Below, piece after piece: positions 25,235 to 36,384 of a DNA stretch of 64,000 bases. The notes under the pieces were generated by a model. That model did not search any database, was not told the DNA's origin, and saw only the letters and a program-made list of their open reading frames with translations. Position numbers and translations under genes: made by a program. Position 1 is the stretch's first letter. Each line of letters opens with the position of its first letter. This DNA is from Flectonema sp. DT1601 (Eukaryota). The stretch is taken from contig OZ025781.1 of the NCBI GenBank assembly GCA_964019425.1, positions 1,054,001 to 1,118,000 on the forward strand. The letters run 5' to 3'.

Positions 25235-26749
25235 CTTCCCTCATCTTCTTCCGAATCCAAAAAATTTTAATATAAAAACCTCACACCTGTTGATATTCCA
25301 GTAGTGGAAGCTTTATGGACATCAAATCCATAGAACTTATGGTGTCCTAAGACTGGTTCAATTCCGCTGTCTAAATCCAGAGAGGACTCTCCAGGAAGTG
25401 ATGGTGTTGGATACTTAGAACGACCTTTACTGTCCTTTGGAGGATGAAGAACAGAAGGAACATGAAACATGTGGTGAAGATCATGGTGGTGTTGGGGATA
25501 CCTTGCTAAACTCCTATAGTAAATACCGCTGATTGGAATGTGGGAGATCGCTTCTTCGATTAGGGGGTCTAATTTTCCTTTTTTCTTACTAATTTGAAAG
25601 AATATTAATCTCCCCACCTCATCAGGTCGTTGCATGTCATTACAAACAAGTGACAACCCAACCTCTTCACTGTGTATAGTGAGCTCAAGTTTACTGTCAC
25701 TAACGTACTTCACTTTAACATCTTCGAGAGGGGCGAGGACTATTTTATTCCTGTGTATTTTTTATTTTTTTTTTTGAAGGGAACAAAAACGGACTGTAGG
25801 CCGAGGAACACAGGAGGCGCCAAGGGAACTGTCGTACCCCGAGATGGACGCGAATCCGACTGAAGTGGCGATGGAATCACTAATACAAGCAGATGAGGAT
25901 CCGATCCACGTAGGTCTAGGACACCCCGCTATGATGAGCATCGGCGAGCAGAACGTGAACCCCGAGAGCCTAGCACCAGAGCAGGTGGCCAGACAGTACG
26001 AGGCTCCGCACTCGATGCAGGTAGCGAACGATCCAGGAGGTACCCCAGAGAACCTGCAGCCTTCGAAACCCGAGAGTCCAGCACTAGAACAGGACCTCGG
26101 ACAGGGCGAGACATTAGATACGACGACAGTAAATGATACAGAAGGGGTCCCACCCTCATCCTCCAACCTTCATACCCTTTGGAGTAGGTCTGGAGGGAAT
26201 TCAGAATCTCGGGAATTCTTGCTACATGTACGCAGTTCCTGTGCAAGGGCATGCCTCTACCGGAGTGCAACAAATCGTTGGACTCGGCAGACTGTGTCTT
26301 ACGCACTCTGAGGGAGCTGAAGCGATCAGGGTCTGTTTCGGCAGCGAAGGAGATATGGGAATGGGTGAAACCACGCTGCGGACCGGGACAATCGGAAGCC
26401 GAACATGCACTGTCAACTTGAACTCGGCTTACACTTTTAAAGACTACCGGTTTTCTCAGATAGAATTCCAGCAGACAAAGAAAAGTAAAATAACTGTCCT
26501 AGCATGTGGTTTCTTCCCGGCATTAAAAAAAAAAAAAAAAAAAAAGTATCAACACACACACCTAATATCGGAACTCCTATAAACGATAGTTTTATCATAC
26601 ACTAGTAGGTATCCAGAGTCCTCTGGAGCAAACAAGTCACTACTACACTCATGACCTTCTAGGAAGGTATCATCTAATTCGTACTGATGTGCTACCAAGG
26701 CTGCGATACCTTTTACTTCCGTACCTCGACAATTAGTGACGCTGCTCAT
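20457..26749 (-). CDS. Large multidomain protein (~1645 aa): EF-hands, two PDZ, SH3/KOW-like modules and a split degenerate PIP-kinase-like domain; exons 26749-26562, 25750-25287, 25177-24970, 24901-24691, 24627-24270, 24170-22609, 22534-22353, 22283-21982, 21919-20457
   Basis: Eight GT..AG introns, all phase-compatible (total 4938 nt). EF loops DYQKQGWLEYRE and DANGDGFLSFSE; PDZ segments VKPGSPAQRFGL and IVPGSPGDTSGI. PIPK-like blocks GHPHFSLACALQRGI, DYAPGVFAEIRKLMGI, DYKLVVGMH and FYYGLVDI. Confidence 0.85.
23245..23340 (-). repeat. Coding (Asp-Lys)n / KE repeat
   Basis: DKEKDKDKDKDKDKDKDKEKDKDKEKGKEKD in exon 6 of the PIPK-like gene. Confidence 0.85.
25776..26524 (+). pseudogene. Intronic antisense insertion carrying a frameshifted USP (peptidase C19) fragment; retroposed copy or transposon remnant
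   Basis: GC-richer block inside the 811-nt intron 25751-26561. The frame is open from 25778. Cys box GIQNLGNSCYMYA starts at 26196, and a shifted frame QFLCK...GQSEAEHAL runs 26233-26421. An A21 run follows at 26525-26545. Confidence 0.6.
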
Positions 26750-28416
26750 CGAGTCAGTGCTCGATATGCAGATTCTGATTAAAGAATAAGTAATGTTAAT
26801 TAACAAAACGAATGAATGAACTCATAAGTTGTATCATTTTAGCATTGTTTGCATTATTTTTGATCGTTCGTTTGTGTTTTGTCGGTTTTGTCTGTAAAAA
26901 AAAAAAAAAAAAAAAAAAACGAAACATAAACAGTTGATTTTTATAAATAACTCCAAACGTCCTTGAAGAAAAAAACCTGAGGACCACCAATTCAAGTGGG
27001 AGAACAACAACAACAACAAAAAAAAAAAAAAAAAAAAAAAAAAAACACAAAATTCCATCCCTCCTACGAAGAGAGGAGTTCTCTCTGTGACCAAATTTCC
27101 TTAAGTCTCGTAAAAGGATAAGAGTATACAATGCAACTGGTTTAAAAAACTGCAGCAAGCATCGCAACCATTCAAACAATATGCGGGCGGTAGGAGTAAT
27201 CAAAAACAGATAAACAGCTCCTTAATAATAAATGGAAACGGCTTCCCAGCAGCAGAAAAGGGAAGTTAATATTTTCTTTCTTTTTTTTTTTGGTTACAAA
27301 AAAAAATAAAAAGAGTAAAAAAAATAAAATAAATCCTAACAATCTTCTGATTCACTTTCGAAAGCTTTTTTTTTTTTTTTTTTTACAAACCCGCAAATTT
27401 CGTCTATTTCAAGACATGTGATTCTTCATTTCCTTTTGTCTTTTTTTTTTTTTTTTTTTTTTTTTTCCAGAACCAAAAAAAGGGGAGATACAGAAGAGAA
27501 GTTGGGTAATAAGCTTTTCAGCTCAAATAGACACTTGCAAAGCAGAATTCGGTACTCGATAGGAAGAAACGAGTCGACCAGTTTTTTTTATTTTATTTTA
27601 TGAAGCTACAACATCATTTTTAGCGTCAAATCGGATAAGACAACAAAGCCTACCTTAACAAGACAAGACAACAGCTAGTGGTTGAAGCAAACATAAAAAG
27701 TAAGCCTGAGAAAAAGGCTTCTGCTCCTGTCTGAGAGCAAAGAGATTCGCAAGCTCAGATTTCTGCAGAGCTTTCTACGAAGGCAAATAGAGCCACACAG
27801 AATAAAACACATCAACGCTGTTCATTACTACAGCTATGTTGAGTTAAAAAAAACCAAAATCAGATAATTTGAATATCGCAAATATTATCTACTGGCGGGT
27901 CCTAACAACAAGGACTGCTAAACGATTACAAAGTATCGATTGAATGGAAAAAAATCGCATTACAACAGTGTTGCAAAAGATAAAACAGAAAGATCGCGTT
28001 TTTTTCTTTTTATGAAATAATTATATACGTAGTCAAAAATACAAAGTAAAACAAGGAAAAAATAAATAAAACTATTGTTGCAAGTGAAGATTCACGCCAA
28101 CGCACGATACAAAAATAAAAAAAAAAAAAAATAAGGAAGCTCCCTTCTTCCAATTGCTGCAAATCGAGCAAAAAAAATATATATTTTAAAAAAGAAATCG
28201 AAATTTTTTAAAAAAAAAAACTTTTCATTTTTATCTTTTAGGATCATGGTCATAACAAACACAAAGAACTTAGGAGGGTAAAAGGAACTTGAGGAGGAGC
28301 ACTGTAAACAATTAACATGGAAGAAAAACAAATGAGAAAAAAAAAAACAAAAAAAAAATGCATGGTCTGCCTTATATCAACTAAGTTATATATAAGTTAT
28401 ATTTCTTTTCTTTTCC

Positions 28417-30399
28417 TCAGACTGTCACCCTCCACGTAGTCGTTATAATTGTAAGAAAGTGATTGTCATTCGTAATTGCAGCGCTGTTTTGAGTTTTTTT
28501 TTTTTTTTTTTTTTCCCTCATGATGGGTAAGTTGAATTAAAAAACAAACCTAAGATCTCTGTAAAACTCAGCGAACTCAGCTTGAGACAAGCTCGATCTG
28601 TCAAAGAAATGAGACGGAGACATATTACTGTTGGTAGACACAAAATGTTTTTTAAGAACCTGAAGAGGAACATAACCAGTTCCTTCCTCATCAAGCTCAC
28701 TAAACGATTTTAAAATCCATCGATCACGTCTTTCTGGAATTCGACGACGAAGAGTGTTTACCATTTCATTTCCGTTAAAGAATCCCCCTTGACAAAATGC
28801 TTCGTAAATAGCATAAAGAAGGCTTCTATCATGGGCTATGTCTTGTAAGCCAAGTCGGAGGAAAGCCTGCTTAAGACCAAATTCAGTTGCTGGCAGCTTA
28901 GCGAGGATGGCTCTGAGTGAAACAAAGGCGAGAGGACCGGAGCTGTGGACGAGAGCAGACCGAAGGGAATTCAACATATTTTTTGTGACGATTAGTTGAG
29001 GTGTGATTCTAGGTTCTGAATCGGGTGCTAGTCCAGGAGTCCCTCTCACAGAAGGAGGGCTTGTTGAAGGTGTAGAACAAACAGTACTTGGGGGACCATT
29101 TACCATTCGTACTATTTCTGGAACAACACCAATTTGTTTACCAGAGTCAAGTGCAACCCCAACCCTTCCTCTATTATAACCTGTTATTCTACCTGACTTT
29201 CTAGAACTGTTTTCCTTTACGAAGACACTAGTACCCAGAGGAAGTGTAATATTATCTCTTGGTAATCTATACAATTCAATCATGTCATCAAGCTTTACTT
29301 CGACATTATTACCACAATTAGTAACAACATGACCTCTCTTACCATCAGCATCACTCGCTGTATTACATATTTCTATAACAGTTCCTGGTTTGTATTTCTT
29401 TGGATGAAGTGATGAATGTTTTGTTCCTTCCCCAGGCTTTCCGATTTGGAATGGCAGGAGGCCCTTTTGCTCACCGTTGATTTGGATTCCTGCACGTCCT
29501 CTGTTGAAGCCAGTGACGACACCTCTGTGTCCATAAAGAGGGTTGGTCAGATCTTTTACTTCGACTTCTTCACCGACTGGGAAGGATTGCTTCATGGAAA
29601 GTCCGTTTTCACCGCGTGGAGCATGCGTGTCAGCGTCTTCGATTGTTGGTGCAGAAGATTGATGTTTCTTACCATTTGGTAATGTGACCATTTCTGCTCT
29701 CATTCGAGTACCTGCAACATCACTTCCTAGCTTTAATCCTTCACTAACATCTTTAGTTCCTTCAAGTGGTGCGATTACTCTCTTCCCCTGAGGTGTTGCT
29801 CTTCCTTCTCTCGGTGCTGCATCTGGTGCAGCCTTTTTCGTCTTCTTTCCCAACACGCAGAATGTACAGCTATCAAACTTACACTCTGGGCAGTGATAAA
29901 AGTTAGGTTCTCTTTGTAGTTCTTTTGTTCCACACCTGTCACATACAACAGAGTTACCTTCAATGTGCGTATAGTCAGCTGGAGTTCCATGTATTTTGTG
30001 CAGAGTGTGTCCAGCAGCACAGCAAGGACCGTTAGAGTTAGCAGCAGCAACTGAAGCCTTCTTACGATGCTGGACAGGTAAGCGAGAGGCGGCGTCGCCC
30101 TCTTTAGGAGATGGTCTATTTGGTGTTCTCGGTGTTCTTGGGGTGTAAGGAGGAGATTGATAATCAGTGGTCGTACGGGATGCAACTTCAGCAGCAACTC
30201 TTCTGATTGTCATCTCTTTATCTTTCAAGCTGACAAGTCTTCTGCCACGTGTTTCCGCAGCTCTCTGTTTTACAATTCCTTTCATCATTCTTCTTTGTTG
30301 GTCACTCTTTGGTTTCCACGCTGAATCTTCATTATGTTGTAATAAACTTGACAAGTTATTATCGACTACTGCAGATGATGTTGCTACCCTGCGCTTCAT
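28417..30399 (-). CDS. Calcyphosin-like EF-hand protein with N-terminal Cys/His zinc finger and SH3/KOW-like repeats; exons 30399-28550, 28483-28417 (~638 aa)
   Basis: EF loop DEEGTGYVPLQV. The spliced C-terminus EFAEFYRDLSAAITNDNHFLTIITTTWRV matches the calcyphosin end. CDRC..YHCPECKFDSCTFC finger and two repeats of TG(F/Y)NRGR.G are present. Confidence 0.8.
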
Positions 30400-30844
30400 C
30401 TTAATTATAATCGCAACCTGTTTATTAAATTAGTTATTAATCACTAATCACAACAAAGGTAATGAAGTGAAAAGGTCAGTCTTAACGTCATGTTTTTTTT
30501 GAATGCGTCTCATTCCAAAAAAACAATAAGTATTTTTAACTGTCAATACTCTTGTGAGTTTTTTTATCCATTTCCTCTAAGCAAGAGAATGCTTGAGGTG
30601 CGTACCCAGAAATTAAAAAAAAAAAAGGAGGGGATATCATTCCACAGTAGATCAAAAATTGGGAATTGAAAAGAAAAGTCTCATGTATGTCTGTGGTTTG
30701 TTTCGGAGTCGACTTTCGGTCACACTCTGGTTTTTTTTTTGTTTTTTTTTTTTTTGCTTATACGGAGGATCCAAACGCCTAAAGAATAAAACAAAATGGA
30801 AAAAGAGATAATTAAGGTACCAATTAAGGTCTTTCAGTACTTGC

Positions 30845-32176
30845 CTAGAAGCACTTCTTGTGGACAATTCCAGGTCCGCTCTCGTCGTACTCCTCCTTCT
30901 TAACCCACATCGAGGCGAAGGTCGAGAGAGATGAAAGGATAGATCCTCCAATCCAGACAGAGTACTTACGCTCTGGTGGAGCAACAACCTTGATCTTCAT
31001 GCTGTTTGGAGCCAAGTTGGTAACTTCTTTCGACAGACGGTCAGCAAGCCCCTCGTACATGGTGGTTCCTCCTGAGAGAACAATGTTGGCGTACAAGTCT
31101 TTTCTCACATCGATATCACACTTCATGATACTGTTGTAAACGGTCTCGTGGATACCGTTCGCTTCAAGACCAATGAAGGCTGGCTTGAACAGAGCCTCTG
31201 GGCATCTGAATCTCTCAGATCCGACGGTGATCACCTGACCGTCAGGAAGCTCGTAGTCCTTCTCAAGGGATGAGCTCGATGAGGCGAGTGACATCTCTTC
31301 GTCGAAGTCCTGTTTTGTTTGTTTAAAATTATCTTCATTTAGATACTTCTAATCAAAACTATCCTTTCTTTAAACAAAAGAAAGGTCACCAAACACAACA
31401 AAAGACATACCAAAGCAACGTAGGCGAGCTTCTCCTTGATGTCACGAACGATCTCACGTTCAGCGGAGGTGACGAAGGAGTTACCACGCTCAGTCAAAAG
31501 CTTGATCATCCAGTCGGTCATGTCTCTTCCCTGTTTTGAGATTGTGTTGTTGTTGTTGTTGTTCATTAAATCGAAACGGATGTGCCTATATTATCAAAAG
31601 AAAACAACAATAAAAAAAAAAATAACAACATACGGCCATGTCAATACGAAGGACGGCGTGAGGAAGGGAGTATCCCTCGTAGATAGGGACAGTGTGAGTA
31701 ACACCATCACCAGAGTCGAGAACGATACCAGTGGTACGTCCACTCGAGTACAATGAAAGCACAGCCTGGATACCAACGTACATGGCAGGACTGTTGAAGG
31801 TTTCGAACATGATCTGAGTCATCTTCTCTCTGTTGGCCTTTGGGTTCATTGGGGCCTCAGTCAACAACACTGGGTGGTCCTCTGGTCCAACACGAAGCTC
31901 GTTGTAGAAGGTGTGATGCCAGATCTTCTCCATGTCATCCCAGTTGGTGATGATACCGTGCTCAATTGGGTACTTGATCAACAAGATACCTCTCTTTGAC
32001 TGAGCGTCATCTCCAATGTACGCCTCCTTCTTGGCAGTTCCCATCATGGCGGCAGCGGTCTTTGGGCGACCGACGATCGACGGGAAGACGGATCTTGGTG
32101 CATCGTCACCAGCGAATCCGGCCTTCACCATTCCAGATCCGTTGTCACATACGATTGCCTGCTGGTCATCATCCAT
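30845..32176 (-). CDS. ACT: Actin, copy A; exons 32176-31634, 31530-31411, 31309-30845 (375 aa)
   Basis: [25 protein letters not shown] and [16 protein letters not shown]. Two phase-0 GTATG..CAG introns give 1128 nt. Confidence 0.98.
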
Positions 32177-32564
32177 TTTATTAGAGTTTTTAGTGGATAA
32201 CTGAAATACAAGTAAATAAGTTTATAATAAATAACCATAACCCGAGTGGTATAATAATAATAAAATTGAGTGAATCTGGTAGGCGAATCCGAGAAGCCAG
32301 AATGTTTGGCAAAAATCATATAAAGAAAGAGGAACAACGGAAAACCTGACTTTCTTGTACGTCGGTAAGAAGAAAATCAGAGTTAAGAGAGCAGTGTAAT
32401 ACTCTATGTTCATTATACAAAGTAAAATACCCAATAAGAGGGTCTGACTGAATAATTTTAGTCATCTCTTTACTAATAAGAAACCTGTCACTTTTGACAT
32501 CAAAAAAAAAAAATCTTTTTTTTTTTAAATCGTTCCTGAAGATCTGAATGAGTTGTCAGTACGT

Positions 32565-33989
32565 TCAAGCACTTTCTTCTTCGATATCAGTTTCTATCTG
32601 AGAGTTGTTTATGAGTTCAACTTCGCTAAAAGAATAACAACGTTGTAAAAATAATTTCAGATACGAACCATCAGCAATAGTAAGAGCCTGATATAAAGAT
32701 AATTTACCACAAATTTGAGAAGGTGACAACATATCAGCTGATTCTAAAGCAGTCACAAAGACTTCTGCAGTGCAAATATCAGACTTGACAATAACTGTGA
32801 GAACATCTGGAGAACGAACAACAGCAGCAGCAATGAGTAGATTCACATCTTCACCACGGGAAATAAGAATCTTAATTATAAGAATAGTACAGGCACTGTT
32901 ACCTGAAATAATAAACTTATCAGCAAGAACACTCAGCTCTGTTGAAGTCATTTTTTCAAACAAAGCTGTTGTTATGTTTGTTGGGATTACTTCCTTTAGA
33001 AATGTTGGAATGCTATCTATGTCTTGCAAACTTTGGAGCTCATCAAAAGGTGTTTTACCCGAAGCGTTTTCAGCATTACAATTCGCACCTGCGCTTGCTA
33101 AATACTCAACGACTTCGTAAGATCCTAAGTGGGCTGCCATATTCAAAGGAGATGACTTCCAAGCACTACATTGTGCGTCAAGATCAGCACCGTACTTCTT
33201 ATGTAACATCTCAACGACTTCCTTTTTACCCTTTGCAGCTAGGTATAGAATAGTACATTTATTTTGACTACCAAAGGGTTTATTAATTTCAGATTGCAAG
33301 TTTGCAGAACGAATCGCCTCGTCGATATCATCACAAGACATGTGTTGCATTAAGCTAACAATAATCCCAGTGTGACTACATTCGTTTATAAGTGCAACTG
33401 CTAGAGGCGTTCGACCTAATTTACACTTAAAAGTAGCTGTAACAGGTGTTTCAAGTAGTTTTATACAAATTTCATAGTTTTCTGCCTTCACGGCTAAGTG
33501 AAGTAGTGTTTCTTCAGATCCTGGAAACACACATTTAGGAATCTGACTCCATCTCTTAATAAGATGTTCGAAGGTTGCAATATTACACCCTTTTAACGTC
33601 AAAACAGTAAGTATTGGATCTACACTCCGTCTGACAGCGTTTCTCGGTATTTTACTGCAACAAGCATTCTCCAATGGAGATTCTCCACAGTCGTTTATTA
33701 TGTTAGTACTTGCAATCTCACTTGATACAGCTTCCACTAATTTAATAGCTGCGTCAGTGCATTTTCTGTAAGCAGCAGCATGGAGAGCTATGCTTTTGTG
33801 TTTTCCTTCCATTCGTTGATCTGGTATTGCTCCCAACTGAAGTTGTCTTTCAACTATATCGGTACGATTACAACCTGATGCGTAGTACAACACAGTTGCG
33901 CCGTCTTCTACCATTTCGGTTGGAGTATGAAACCACGGATGTGATTCCAACTCTGCGAGGGACTGCTTTGAAATGGCTTCTCTAATCAT
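32565..33989 (-). CDS. Ankyrin-repeat protein (474 aa)
   Basis: Repeats ALHAAAYR, ETLLHLAVK, GRTPLAVA, SPLNMAAHLGSYEVVEYLASAGAN and GKTPFD. Confidence 0.88.
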   Translation of the reverse strand: MIREAISKQSLAELESHPWFHTPTEMVEDGATVLYYASGCNRTDIVERQLQLGAIPDQRMEGKHKSIALHAAAYRKCTDAAIKLVEAVSSEIASTNIINDCGESPLENACCSKIPRNAVRRSVDPILTVLTLKGCNIATFEHLIKRWSQIPKCVFPGSEETLLHLAVKAENYEICIKLLETPVTATFKCKLGRTPLAVALINECSHTGIIVSLMQHMSCDDIDEAIRSANLQSEINKPFGSQNKCTILYLAAKGKKEVVEMLHKKYGADLDAQCSAWKSSPLNMAAHLGSYEVVEYLASAGANCNAENASGKTPFDELQSLQDIDSIPTFLKEVIPTNITTALFEKMTSTELSVLADKFIISGNSACTILIIKILISRGEDVNLLIAAAVVRSPDVLTVIVKSDICTAEVFVTALESADMLSPSQICGKLSLYQALTIADGSYLKLFLQRCYSFSEVELINNSQIETDIEEESA

Positions 33990-34440
33990 AGTATTGACTT
34001 TTGTTCTGAGTGATAAAATATTATAATTACTTCATCAAATAAGTGATATACTATAATCCCCACAGATGTTGTTAATAATCAAACATTAATATTATTCTGT
34101 ATAAAAAAAAAAAATACAGAACATCAATAATAAACGATAGCACTATATATTAATAATTGCACTAGCAAAACAAACAGCAAGACAATGCTGCCGAGTTCTC
34201 TCTGAATCAGGACAGGGAAAAAGTAATAAAAATAAAAAAAGAATTTTCAAAAGTAAAACAGGAACGATGGTTAACCTGTAAAGAGTTCCCTCTTAATAAT
34301 ACATGTGACTCGGGTTCACAGCTTGAGGTAACACTAATTTAAAAAAAATAAAAGTGAGCAGGGAAAAAGGAATAAAAGAAATTGTAACCATGCCTACAAG
34401 TTGTAGGCTATTTTGGCTATTGTATCGCTGGTGGTGAAGC

Positions 34441-35792
34441 CTAGAAGCACTTCTTGTGGACAATTCCAGGTCCGCTCTCGTCGTACTCCTCCTTCTTCAC
34501 CCACATCGAGGCGAAGGTCGAGAGAGATGAAAGGATAGATCCTCCAATCCAGACAGAGTACTTACGCTCTGGTGGAGCAACAACCTTGATCTTCATGCTG
34601 TTTGGAGCCAAGTTAGTAACTTCCTTCGACAGACGGTCAGCAAGTCCCTCGTACATGGTGGTTCCTCCTGAGAGAACAATGTTGGCGTACAAGTCTTTTC
34701 TCACATCGATATCACACTTCATGATACTGTTGTAAACGGTCTCGTGGATACCGTTCGCTTCAAGACCAATGAAGGCTGGCTTGAACAGAGCCTCTGGGCA
34801 TCTGAATCTCTCAGATCCGACGGTGATCACCTGACCGTCAGGAAGCTCGTAGTCCTTCTCAAGGGATGAGCTCGATGAGGCGAGTGACATCTCTTCGTCG
34901 AAGTCCTGTTTTGTTTTGTTTAAAATTATCTTCATTTAGATACTTCTAATCAAAACTATCCTTTCTTTAAACAAAAGAAAGGTCACCAAACACAACAACG
35001 ACATACCAAAGCAACGTAGGCGAGCTTCTCCTTGATGTCACGAACGATCTCACGTTCAGCGGAGGTGACGAAGGAGTTACCACGCTCAGTCAAAAGCTTG
35101 ATCATCCAATCGGTCATGTCTCTTCCCTGTTTTGAGATTGTGTTGTTGTTGTTGTTGTTGTTGTTCATCAAATCGAAATGGAAACATTATTTCCAATCGT
35201 GTCTACATTTTCAAAAGAAAACAACAATAAAAAAAAAAAAACAACATACGGCCATGTCAATACGAAGGACGGCGTGAGGAAGGGAGTATCCCTCGTAGAT
35301 AGGGACAGTGTGAGTAACACCATCACCAGAGTCGAGAACGATACCAGTGGTACGTCCACTCGAGTACAAAGAAAGCACAGCCTGGATACCAACGTACATG
35401 GCAGGACTGTTGAAGGTTTCGAACATGATCTGAGTCATCTTCTCTCTGTTGGCCTTTGGGTTCATTGGGGCCTCAGTCAACAACACTGGGTGGTCCTCTG
35501 GTCCAACACGAAGCTCGTTGTAGAAGGTGTGATGCCAGATCTTCTCCATGTCATCCCAGTTGGTGATGATACCGTGCTCAATTGGGTACTTGATCAACAA
35601 GATACCTCTCTTTGACTGAGCGTCATCTCCAATGTACGCCTCCTTCTTGGCAGTTCCCATCATGGCGGCAGCGGTCTTTGGGCGACCGACGATCGATGGG
35701 AAGACGGATCTTGGTGCATCGTCACCAGCGAATCCGGCCTTCACCATTCCAGATCCGTTGTCACATACGATTGCCTGCTGGTCATCATCCAT
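34441..35792 (-). CDS. ACT: Actin, copy B; exons 35792-35250, 35126-35007, 34905-34441 (375 aa)
   Basis: Same protein and intron positions as copy A. Confidence 0.98.
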
Positions 35793-36384
35793 TTTATTAG
35801 AGTTTTTAGTGGATAACTGAAATACAAGTAAATAAGTTTATAATAAATAACCATAACCCGAGTGGTATAATAATAATAAACAGCAGCGCAGTCTGACAGA
35901 TCAAGAAGAGAAGAGAGCGAATGGTTGCCACTTTGTACGAAAAGAACTCCCCTGACGGCTCACTCAGGTGTTAGTAACAATAAATGAGATAGGTATTTAT
36001 ATGGTTGTGTGAATGCTGTAGAGATAATTACATAAGGAGGATTTGGTTGGAGAGTATATTAGTGAAATTGAACTTTTGGGACACACGACAAGGCAATGCC
36101 GCTGAAAAACAAATAATAAAAAAAAAAAAAAAATTAAAAAAAAAAACCCCAAAAAAAAGTAAGAACACAGCGACGAACCATGTGAAGTAAGGATGCCACT
36201 ACTACTAGCTGCTTCCGTACATTCACCACAGTTCTATTTCGCTGATTGTTCAAAGAAAGAAGGGAAGTCGGGAAAACGGGAGGTTGGAACTCTTTTTTTT
36301 TTTTCTTTTCTTTGCTTCCTTAAAGCGGTCACGGAGGTATGTTTGTTCCTTCTTTCTCTATTGTCGCCCAATTAGAAGTACTGC

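Noticed and set aside
26796..28331. Short Phe/Lys-rich ORFs here and in other intergenic regions
   Set aside because: They are products of poly-A/poly-T tracts, with no domain or splice support.
34392..34408. Hairpin GCCTACAA-G-TTGTAGGC after the actin B stop, loosely similar to 4304-4340
   Set aside because: Too short, and absent from the other actin UTRs, so no function can be supported.
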